From Actinomycetota bacterium (lineage in GTDB: Bacteria; Actinomycetota; Acidimicrobiia; Acidimicrobiales; Poriferisodalaceae), in assembly GCA_014238065.1 (NCBI GenBank), contig JABABU010000009.1, positions 25,581 through 89,580 on the forward strand: 64,000 nt of DNA. The letters run 5' to 3'. This document shows positions 27,470 to 35,555 of this stretch, in pieces. The position numbers and the translations under genes were made by a program. Each line of letters starts with the position of its first letter. Position 1 is the first letter of the stretch. A model generated the notes under the pieces. The model was not told the DNA's origin. It made no database searches and worked only from the letters and a program-made list of their open reading frames with translations.

Positions 27470-29800
27470 GTGCCCAATCGAAGACCGGGATCAGCGAACG
27501 ACGTAGACGGCCACGTGAGCCGAGATCTTGTCGGCGAGGTGTGGCCTGCCGCGCAGCCTGGCACCGACCCGATGCTGTACGGGCACGCGGAGATCGTCGA
27601 AGGTGCTGCGGTCGAGGTCAGAACGGAAGCAACCTTCACCGTCAAGTACACCGTTGGACGGTTCGGCCTGGATGACACGGGCGCGATTCGGATCGTCTTC
27701 AGAGCAATGAGCGACTTTCGACCACTGCAGACGACCGACCCTGGCGCACCCGACTTCGCGTCGGCAACATCGAGTTCGAGTGTTCCCCTCACCGTGAGCT
27801 ACGTCGGAAGGGGCAATGCCGCACGTCCCCGCTGGAAATCGCTCACCGTGAACGTGACCGGGGGCTACTTGAGCGAGGGCGACGTCATCACCGTCGTACT
27901 TGGCGACACTTCAGGCGGGTCACGAGGATGGCGAGTTCAGACCATCGCAGAGGCCGGATTCGAGTTTGCAGTCCTCGCTGACGTATGCGCCGTCGGCCAT
28001 TTCGTTCCGATTCCGGAGTCGCCATCGATCTCGATCCTGGCGGGTCCTCCTGCGCGATGGGTCTGCGTGCTACCGAGCCTTCGCCGACCTGGCGAGCCAT
28101 TTCAGCTCGGTATCAAAGCTGAGGACGCGTGGGGCAATCCTTCTGACACCGCCTCGGCCGAACTGAGAATCGAATCGAACGTGTGGGTGCGTGGCCTTCC
28201 ATCCACGTTGTCGTATGGACCAGGAAGACGAGCCGTGACGATCGAAGGTCTGAGCGTCGAAGAAGCCGGAACGGTGCGGATCGAGATCTTCGACGAATCC
28301 GGAACCGGCCTCGCAGAGTCGCACCCCCTCGTGATCCGGGAAGGCGGGATCAGCGGCTACTGGGGCGACATGCACGGCCAGAGCGGTGAATCGATCGGCC
28401 TCACGACGGCGCGCCAGTACTTCGACTTCGCGAGGAACGCAGCCTTTCTCGACGCCACAGGACATCAGGCCAACGACTTTCAAGTGAACAACGCGTTCTG
28501 GGCACACCTCCAGGAGCTGACGTCTGAGCACGATGAGCCAGGGCGATTTGTGGCCATGCCAGGATACGAGTGGTCGGGCAACACGGCTGTCGGCGGTGAT
28601 CGGAACGTGTACTTCCGGACCGAGGGACGCCAGATCCGGCGATCCTCTCACGCACTGTTGTCCGATCGTTCTGACATCGACACCGACGCCAACGATGCCA
28701 ACGAGTTGTTCGGAGCACTCCGAGCGAACGACGAGGACTGCGTCGTGTACGCACACGTCGGCGGCCGGTATGCGGACACCGCCTTCGCGCACGACCCGGA
28801 GTTTGAGACCGCGATGGAGATTCACTCCGCATGGGGGACGTTCGAGTGGCTACTGACCGACGGATTCGAACTCGGCCACAGATGCGGAGTCGTCGCGAAC
28901 AGCGACGGCCACAAGGGCCGGCCTGGCGCGAGCTACCCAGGCGCTGCGATGTTCGGCGCATACGGCGGCCTCACGTGCTTCCTCACCCACGAGTTGTCGA
29001 GGGACGGCATCTTCGACTCGTTGAGGCGCAGACATCACTACGCGACCACCGGCACACGCATGTTCCTCGACGTCCACGCTCGGTTCGAAGACGCTCAGGT
29101 GTTCGACGCCGACCCCGCGGTTCACGAGGACGCAACGAGCACCCCCGCCACCCGAGTGATGATGGGCGACATCGTCAGCACCACCGACAGCACGACAACA
29201 GTTGACATCGAGGTGGTCGCGCACTCCCCCGTCGAACGCGTCGAGATACGTAACGGGACCGACGTCGTCGACACGTTCAGACCCTATGGAGCCGAAGATC
29301 TCGGGCGACGCGTACGGGTGTTGTGGAGTGGCGCCGAGTACCGGGGGCGCGGGCGTACCACGACGTGGAGAGGCACTGCTCGACTCGACGGCAACCAAAT
29401 CGAGCAGTTCGCTCCCGTCAACAGCTGGAATCTCGAGCGAACGCCCCGCCTCGACGGAGAAGCGAGCGTCGTTTTCGACTCCATCACGACAGGCAACTTC
29501 GGTGGTTTCGACGTTCTGCTTCATGACGCCACCGATGGGCAACTCACCATCGACACAGAACATGGCTCGCTCACGATTCCGGTCTCCTCGATCGGCATGG
29601 ACGACGTGGTCATGGAAGCGGGAGGACTGGAACGGCGACTGAAGGTCTTCAGACTGCCGGATGAGAACCCGCACCGCGAGTGCCGCGCTACGTTCCATGT
29701 CCCTCTCTGGGACGATGGTGACAATCCGCTCTGGGTGTCGGTGTTCACCGAGGACGGATTCCAGGCCTGGAGTTCGCCGATATTCGTGTTTCGACCCTGA
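27470..29800 (+). CDS. Large metal-dependent hydrolase-like protein (PHP/DUF3604-like core)
   Basis: YWGDMHGQSGES, MPGYEWSGNTAVGGDRNVYF, NSDGHKGRPG and RRRHHYATTGTRMFLDV recall PHP-type/DUF3604 proteins. The assignment is from memory of family motifs only. Confidence 0.55.
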   Translation: MPNRRPGSANDVDGHVSRDLVGEVWPAAQPGTDPMLYGHAEIVEGAAVEVRTEATFTVKYTVGRFGLDDTGAIRIVFRAMSDFRPLQTTDPGAPDFASATSSSSVPLTVSYVGRGNAARPRWKSLTVNVTGGYLSEGDVITVVLGDTSGGSRGWRVQTIAEAGFEFAVLADVCAVGHFVPIPESPSISILAGPPARWVCVLPSLRRPGEPFQLGIKAEDAWGNPSDTASAELRIESNVWVRGLPSTLSYGPGRRAVTIEGLSVEEAGTVRIEIFDESGTGLAESHPLVIREGGISGYWGDMHGQSGESIGLTTARQYFDFARNAAFLDATGHQANDFQVNNAFWAHLQELTSEHDEPGRFVAMPGYEWSGNTAVGGDRNVYFRTEGRQIRRSSHALLSDRSDIDTDANDANELFGALRANDEDCVVYAHVGGRYADTAFAHDPEFETAMEIHSAWGTFEWLLTDGFELGHRCGVVANSDGHKGRPGASYPGAAMFGAYGGLTCFLTHELSRDGIFDSLRRRHHYATTGTRMFLDVHARFEDAQVFDADPAVHEDATSTPATRVMMGDIVSTTDSTTTVDIEVVAHSPVERVEIRNGTDVVDTFRPYGAEDLGRRVRVLWSGAEYRGRGRTTTWRGTARLDGNQIEQFAPVNSWNLERTPRLDGEASVVFDSITTGNFGGFDVLLHDATDGQLTIDTEHGSLTIPVSSIGMDDVVMEAGGLERRLKVFRLPDENPHRECRATFHVPLWDDGDNPLWVSVFTEDGFQAWSSPIFVFRP

Positions 29801-29806
29801 CCGGCA

Positions 29807-31234
29807 TCAGAGAGCCCTGTCGCTGCTGTTGCCGGCTGGAAACGTCGCCATCACCACGATCGCAGCGAGCAGGTAGCAACCGGCAATCCACATCCATGCA
29901 CGCTGATACGCGCCCAAGTCGAAGTCGTGAGCACCCGTCGCTAGCAGCGTGATGACCACGGAGATCCCGACAGCTGTCGATGCCTGACGAATCGTGTTCG
30001 CCGTTGCGCCGGCGACACCGAACTTCGCCGGAGGTATGTCTGCCATCGCCGCGCTCGACCAGGTCGCAACGGTGACGCCGATTCCAGCGCCCGTCAGAAG
30101 AGTCAGCGGCATGTAGACGTTCCACACAGCCGGGTCATGATCGATGACGACGATCAGCAGGACGTAGCTGAGCGACAACAGCAGACAGCCGAAGCCGAGC
30201 ACCCATCGATGACCCACGCGATCCGCGATCGAGCCGATCAAGGGACTCACGATGGCTCCGAGGAGTGATGCCGGCACGAACACCAGACCAACGGTCCTGA
30301 GCTCCTGTTGCCAGAGGTCCTGGAGCATGATCGAGTTCGTGAGCGAACCGCTGATGAAAGCGAAGCCATAGAGGGCCGCACCGGCCGACGCCGCAGAGAA
30401 GGAACGATGCGAGAACAACTCGAGATCGAGTAGAGGTTCAGGGTGCTGGCGGGATCGCTTGACCAGCAGCGGGAAGAGTGCAGTCCCGACGACGACCAAC
30501 CCGATCACGCGCAGATCCGCCACCGACCATTGCTCACTCTGGATGATTCCGAACATGACCAACGCCACCGCAGCTGTACCGATGACCACGCCCACGATGT
30601 CGATCCGACCGGTGGCGTTCGGATCGCTCGACTCACTCAACAAACGAGGGGCGAGAACGATCACCAGGAGCGACAGTGGCACATTGATCCAGAAAATCGC
30701 GCGCCAGTTGAACGCATCGATGACGAGCGACCCGAGTGCTGGTCCGACTACGGCCCCCAGAGATCCGGTGGCACCGGCGAAGCCGATGGCCGTACTGCGA
30801 CGAGCAGGTGGAAACTCGGGCAACATGACGGCGAAGGAAGAGGCGGTCACGACCGCCCCGCCGAAGCCCTGAACGATGCGCGCCGCGATGAGAAACTCGA
30901 CGGTCGGGGCGAGTCCGCAGAGCGCCGACCCGACCATGAACAGGGCAACGCCAGGGATGAATACCTTGCGCCGCCCGATGCTGTCGGCGACGCGGCCTGC
31001 GGCCAGCAGCAACGCCCCGACGGTGACGTTGTACCCCGAGATCATCCAACTCAGCGTCGAACGGTCGGTGTCGAGGTCCCGCTCGATCGAGGGAAACGCG
31101 ACGTTGATCGCAGAGATGTCGATGACGACGAAAAACGTGACGAGAGTACTGACGCCGAGAGCCAACCACGCTCTTCGGGGGATGTGTGTCTCCATCACCG
31201 GACCCGGAGAGCGGCCGTTCTCGGGTCCCGACAT
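29807..31234 (-). CDS. MFS transporter, DHA2 (EmrB/QacA, 14-TM) type
   Basis: VVIDISAINVAFPSIERDL, SWMISGYNVTVGALLLAAGRVADSIGRRKVF. 475 aa. Confidence 0.88.
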   Translation of the reverse strand: MSGPENGRSPGPVMETHIPRRAWLALGVSTLVTFFVVIDISAINVAFPSIERDLDTDRSTLSWMISGYNVTVGALLLAAGRVADSIGRRKVFIPGVALFMVGSALCGLAPTVEFLIAARIVQGFGGAVVTASSFAVMLPEFPPARRSTAIGFAGATGSLGAVVGPALGSLVIDAFNWRAIFWINVPLSLLVIVLAPRLLSESSDPNATGRIDIVGVVIGTAAVALVMFGIIQSEQWSVADLRVIGLVVVGTALFPLLVKRSRQHPEPLLDLELFSHRSFSAASAGAALYGFAFISGSLTNSIMLQDLWQQELRTVGLVFVPASLLGAIVSPLIGSIADRVGHRWVLGFGCLLLSLSYVLLIVVIDHDPAVWNVYMPLTLLTGAGIGVTVATWSSAAMADIPPAKFGVAGATANTIRQASTAVGISVVITLLATGAHDFDLGAYQRAWMWIAGCYLLAAIVVMATFPAGNSSDRAL

Positions 31235-31289
31235 CCGGCGACCCTACCGATGCCGGCGCATCGATCCGCCATTCGCGGGTCTGCCTCGA

Positions 31290-32084
31290 TCAGCCGGCGC
31301 TCAATCGTCGCCGAAACCTCCGCATGCCGGCGAGCCATCGGTCGTAGTCGTCGGCCTTGCGCTGGAAGTAGGTCTGGACCTCCGGATGCGGCAACACGAG
31401 GAAGCGTTCGCGGCGAATGGCATCGACGCAGTCCAACGCCACCTGATCAGGCTCCAGCACTCCGTCCTGGCCTGCTTGGCGAGCACTCGCCACAGCGGCG
31501 CCCGCAGCCCTGGTGCCGAGGATGTTGGTGCGGACCGCCTGTGGGCAAAGGACCGATACACCGAGGCCTCGATCGCCGTATCTGATCGACAGCCATTCCG
31601 CGAAGGCGACTGCTGCATGTTTGGACACGGCGTAGGGCCCAGAGTCCATCTGCGTCAGCAGCCCAGCTGCAGATGCCGTGTTCAGGACGTACCCGCTGCC
31701 TCGCTCGAGCATGCCGGGGACCACGGCTTGGGCCGCGTAGAGATGCGCCCAGGTGTGGACGTCCATCATCCTTGTCCACTCCTCGATGGGGAGGTCGAGA
31801 CCACCTTTGAGGCCGTACCCGGCATTCGACACGAACAGGTCAATGCGACCGTGTGCTGCTTCGGTCTCTGCGACAAGGCCGCGTACGGCACCCTCGTCGG
31901 CCACATCGAGCACCGCTGCGGTCGAGACGGCTCCGATCTCGGAAGCGACCCGAGCGGCGTTCGCTTCGTCGATGTCGGTGACCACGACATGAGCGGCTCC
32001 TTCGGAAACGAGAGCTTTGGCGAGGGCTTCGCCGATGCCCGAGCCCGCTCCCGTCACCACACAGATCGAGTACTCCAGTTCCAT
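31290..32084 (-). CDS. Short-chain dehydrogenase/reductase (SDR)
   Basis: Start at ATG 32084 (MELEYSICVVTGAGSGIGEA). TGxxxGIG, NAG, and the catalytic Y-x3-K in YAVSKHA. The rest of the 31290-32786 ORF is non-coding-like. Confidence 0.92.
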   Translation of the reverse strand: MELEYSICVVTGAGSGIGEALAKALVSEGAAHVVVTDIDEANAARVASEIGAVSTAAVLDVADEGAVRGLVAETEAAHGRIDLFVSNAGYGLKGGLDLPIEEWTRMMDVHTWAHLYAAQAVVPGMLERGSGYVLNTASAAGLLTQMDSGPYAVSKHAAVAFAEWLSIRYGDRGLGVSVLCPQAVRTNILGTRAAGAAVASARQAGQDGVLEPDQVALDCVDAIRRERFLVLPHPEVQTYFQRKADDYDRWLAGMRRFRRRLSAG

Positions 32085-32138
32085 GCGATCGACCCTACTG
32101 TTCACCGGCGCTCCCTGGTTCCACCGACCAAGGTCACT

Positions 32139-32161
32139 AAATACCACGTTGCGTGGTATTT
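32139..32161. promoter_or_regulatory. Perfect inverted repeat AAATACCACG-TTG-CGTGGTATTT (candidate operator)
   Basis: 10-bp arms with a 3-nt spacer, in the divergent region between the SDR start (32084) and the downstream plus-strand genes. Confidence 0.4.
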
Positions 32162-32204
32162 TTACCCGTTGTGAGCACGCTTCGCCGCCGCTATCGTTCG
32201 AGTC

Positions 32205-32561
32205 GTGAGTATAAACGGGCCCAGGCCGGCCCCTCCAACAGGAGTTCTCATCGCCAGCGTCGTCGCGATCCCGCTCATCGCCATCACGTTTGCCGGCCAC
32301 ATCGGGTCTTTCACCTCGGGTAGCAGTCACCCCGGCCTCGCCGTCGGCGCACTCTTCCTCGGTTTCCTGTCGGCGCTCACTGTTGCCACATTCACAAGAG
32401 CAGCAGCGGTCTCGATTCACCGACTGCTCTCCTACGTCGCAACCGAGATCGACAACGTCTTCACGGCCGCACACCACATGGTGATCGACCCGGGCCGGCA
32501 GAACCCGGTCCTGGCGTTCGTCCCCGCCGACGTCGGCCGTCGCGGCCCTCCTCGTCAGTGA
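32205..32561 (+). CDS. Small hypothetical membrane protein (two predicted TM segments)
   Basis: GTG start. Strong G/C preference at third codon positions. Hydrophobic stretches VLIASVVAIPLIAITFA and LAVGALFLGFLSALTVA. No recognisable family. Confidence 0.4.
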   Translation: MSINGPRPAPPTGVLIASVVAIPLIAITFAGHIGSFTSGSSHPGLAVGALFLGFLSALTVATFTRAAAVSIHRLLSYVATEIDNVFTAAHHMVIDPGRQNPVLAFVPADVGRRGPPRQ

Positions 32562-32640
32562 AGCATCCGGACCACAGAGTCCGATTCCACTGACAACCAC
32601 GGCCGCGCTGTTGCGGCCGTCACGAACGAGGAGACCTCTC

Positions 32641-33582
32641 GTGAACACCCCCATGTTGCGCTCTAACGCTCTGCTCCGACTCGTTGCTGCGGCCTTCGCA
32701 CTCTCCGTCTTCGCCGCATCCTGCGACAATTCCGACTCAGTCACCACATCGACCGCTGCGATGGACGACATGTCCGACGAACACACCGATGACGACAGTC
32801 ACGACCACGACGACAGCCACGACCACAAGGAACCCGACGATGACATGAGCGACATGTCAGAAGGGGCCGGCCACAGCGACCACGACCATGGTGGACCTGT
32901 CGAATTCGCTGGATCAGAAGCGCCGACAATCAAGATCATGGTGATCTCGGACCCCGCTGGAGGCGTGAACATCGGCGTGACAACGTCGAACTTCACCATC
33001 GCGGCCCGAAACGCTTCGACGGCCCACGTCGAAGGCGAAGGCCACTTCCACCTGTGGGTCGACGGCATCAAAACGACCAGGTTCTACACCGATTGGCTGC
33101 ACGTCTCTGGTGTCGTCGAGGGCACCGTCGAGCTGATGGTCGAACTCTCGGCAAATGACCACAGGCCGTACGCTCTCGACGGGGAGCCGATCGCGCACGC
33201 GGTGACGTTCGAGGTTCCGGCTCACGAGCACAGCGGCCACGACCACGATGTCCCCGAGTCGCAAGAAGTCGAAGGCACGGTTCCTGACCTCTCGATCGAC
33301 GTCGTCGAAGATCCGAAGTCGGGCTTCAATGCGTTCGTGACGGTGGAGGGACTCGAACTGAGCGCCGAGCAGGCCGGTGACCATCACGTCGACGGCGTCG
33401 GCCATCTTCACGTGTACGTGAATGGCCAGAAGCTGGGACGGCTCTACGGCGAAGCAATGCACATTCCTGCTCTTCCTTCAGGCAGTGTCGAGATCTCCGT
33501 TCAGGCGTTCACCAACGACCATCGTCCGTACACGGTGGATGGTCAACCGGTTCAGGCCTCCACCCGACTCACCGTTTCATGA
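32641..33582 (+). CDS. His/Asp-rich lipoprotein with an internally duplicated ~100-aa GH.H..V.G...NDHRPY domain (putative periplasmic metal binding)
   Basis: GAGGAG lies 8 nt before GTG 32641. Lipobox FAASC. Acidic His-rich stretch DEHTDDDSHDHDDSHDHKEPDDD...GHSDHDHGG. The two repeats share G.GH[FL]H[LV].V.G.K..R.Y and NDHRPY..DG.P. Confidence 0.75.
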   Translation: MNTPMLRSNALLRLVAAAFALSVFAASCDNSDSVTTSTAAMDDMSDEHTDDDSHDHDDSHDHKEPDDDMSDMSEGAGHSDHDHGGPVEFAGSEAPTIKIMVISDPAGGVNIGVTTSNFTIAARNASTAHVEGEGHFHLWVDGIKTTRFYTDWLHVSGVVEGTVELMVELSANDHRPYALDGEPIAHAVTFEVPAHEHSGHDHDVPESQEVEGTVPDLSIDVVEDPKSGFNAFVTVEGLELSAEQAGDHHVDGVGHLHVYVNGQKLGRLYGEAMHIPALPSGSVEISVQAFTNDHRPYTVDGQPVQASTRLTVS

Positions 33583-33956
33583 TGCGCTGGCTGGTCCTCT
33601 GCGCGACTGTCGTAACCCTTGCAGGCGCCTGCGGCGACAGTGGACGTTCCGCACCATCAGCGGCCTCCACTGTTTCGGCGACCGCTGTCGAGCCTGAGCA
33701 GGCCACTTTCGTGCTCGAGTTCGACAACGGAAAGCTCGTCGGCGGGTTCCGTCGAGAAGAGGTCGGGCTCGGCGATCCGGTCAGGGTTCTGATCATCGGC
33801 GAGCTGACGGAACGGATCCACCTCCACGGATACGACGTGTTCGTCGAGCCGACCAGCAGCGACGTCTTTCTCGAGTTCGATGCACTGATTCCAGGTCGGT
33901 TCGAGATCGAACTCGAAGAGTCAAGCGAGCTTCTGGTCCAGCTGACGGTCTCGTGA
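33579..33956 (+). CDS. Small lipoprotein, cupredoxin-like fold suspected
   Basis: ATGA overlap with the upstream gene. Lipobox LAGAC. RIHLHGYDVFVE...IPGRFEIELEES pattern. Confidence 0.65.
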   Translation: MMRWLVLCATVVTLAGACGDSGRSAPSAASTVSATAVEPEQATFVLEFDNGKLVGGFRREEVGLGDPVRVLIIGELTERIHLHGYDVFVEPTSSDVFLEFDALIPGRFEIELEESSELLVQLTVS

Positions 33957-35266
33957 CGCTGTTCGCTCACGGCATCGGCGGGAGAACCGATCTCCCGCTC
34001 CCGTCGTGGCAGGTGGCGTGGGCCGCCGGTTTCGCTGTTGCGAGCGCTTTCATCATCGTCAACATGTACTGGGAACGATCTCGTCTCAGCGAGACTGCTT
34101 CTCATCGCCTCCTGATCTCGTCCTCTGGAAAGGTGTCTCGAATCGGGAGCGCAACACTTCGCGGGACCGGACTCGTCGTGTGGGGTGTTGCGCTCGTCTC
34201 TACGTGGTCCGGATCGCGCCAGCCGAGCGAGAACCTCGGCGTCGGCCTTCTACTCATCTGGCTCTGGGTCGGCATACCGATCGCTTCATCGCTCTTCGGT
34301 GACGTCTGGCTCGAACTCAACCCGTTCAGAACCATCGCCGACGCGGCACGAACGGTGTCGGCACGCGCACAGGCGAGAGTCGTACCGTCTGTGATCGCCG
34401 ACACGAGTTGGCCCGCAGTGGTTGCGATTTCTGTCTATCTCTGGCTCGAACTCGCGTACCACGACACCACCAACCCTCGTTCAATTGCGGTGTTCCTCAC
34501 CGTCTACTCGGCCGTGATGACGATGGGTGCCCTCCGGTGGGGAATGGCGTGGCTGAGATCAGCGGATGGGTTCACCGTGCTTTTCGGCTTGCTGGCCACG
34601 ATCGCACCGGTCTACCGGGACGAATCAGGAGACGTCAGGCTGCGAATGCCGTTGTCGGGACTTCGGGCAACGACTGCGAGGCCGGGCCTCATACCTTTCG
34701 TGGTCGTCGTACTCGGATCGACGACGTTCGACGGATTCACGAGAACCGAAGTGTGGACCGAACTCACGTCGTCCCGGTCCGGGTGGAGCGAGACCTTCGC
34801 GAACTCAGTCGGCCTGACCCTCGTCGTCATCGCGGTCGGCAGCATCTATCTCGTGACGATCGCACTCATGGCCAGGTCGACGGGTGAGCGTGTTGCGGAC
34901 GTCAGCACGAGGTTCTGCCTGACGCTCGTGCCCATCGTGCTCGCCTACTCGATCGCGCACTACTTCAGTCTGTTGATTCTTGAAGGTCAGCGCACGTTGG
35001 CGCACTTCAGCGATCCATTCGACCGAGGATGGGACCTCTTCGGCACCGCCGATTGGACAATCCATTGGACGATCGTGTCGCCGGCGACGATCTCGTGGGT
35101 GCAGGCCGTGGCCATCGCAACCGGACACGTGCTCGCGGTTGTCGCAGCCCACGACATCGCGGTTGCGACCTACGACCGCCGCCTCGCCAAAACATCCCAA
35201 TACCCGATGCTCGCGGCCATGGTCGCCTACACCGTCATCGGCCTTTTCCTGCTCCTTGGCGACTGA
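33953..35266 (+). CDS. Polytopic integral membrane protein of unknown function
   Basis: GTGA overlap with the upstream gene. 437 aa with roughly 10 hydrophobic segments. N-terminus LFAHGIGGRTDLPLP. Confidence 0.75.
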   Translation: MTLFAHGIGGRTDLPLPSWQVAWAAGFAVASAFIIVNMYWERSRLSETASHRLLISSSGKVSRIGSATLRGTGLVVWGVALVSTWSGSRQPSENLGVGLLLIWLWVGIPIASSLFGDVWLELNPFRTIADAARTVSARAQARVVPSVIADTSWPAVVAISVYLWLELAYHDTTNPRSIAVFLTVYSAVMTMGALRWGMAWLRSADGFTVLFGLLATIAPVYRDESGDVRLRMPLSGLRATTARPGLIPFVVVVLGSTTFDGFTRTEVWTELTSSRSGWSETFANSVGLTLVVIAVGSIYLVTIALMARSTGERVADVSTRFCLTLVPIVLAYSIAHYFSLLILEGQRTLAHFSDPFDRGWDLFGTADWTIHWTIVSPATISWVQAVAIATGHVLAVVAAHDIAVATYDRRLAKTSQYPMLAAMVAYTVIGLFLLLGD

Positions 35267-35513
35267 GGTCTCCCCCGTCGGTTCTCACCTCTTGACGCAC
35301 AGCGCTGCTATGGCACCGCTCCATCGAGCCTGAGCCAACTCAAATTGCATCCGTACATAACAGCTATTTGAACGCCCCTTGTTGTCCTTTTGGGTGCGTT
35401 GAACGTCATATGTGATTTGAGAAATTTTTCCATTAACTCCAGCAATTCTGGACGACAGGGGGTCAAAGGATCTGCCTATGTTCCAGCCAAAACGGGCGGT
35501 TCGGTTGATCCAG

Positions 35514-35548
35514 ATACCGGATACCGGAATAGCGGAATAGCGGAATGG
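35514..35548. repeat. Short tandem repeats in the 5' leader: (ATACCGG)x2 then (CGGAATNG)x3
   Basis: gATACCGGATACCGGAATAGCGGAATAGCGGAATGG ends 8 nt before ATG 35556. Embedded in an AT-richer 290-bp intergenic region. Confidence 0.8.
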
Positions 35549-35555
35549 AAAGATC

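Noticed and set aside
32085-32786. Upstream 234 codons of the 31290-32786 ORF as part of the SDR gene
   Set aside because: The SDR Rossmann motif begins right after Met at 32084. The upstream part is Arg/Asp/Cys-rich, overlaps better plus-strand candidates and contains the palindromic intergenic site.
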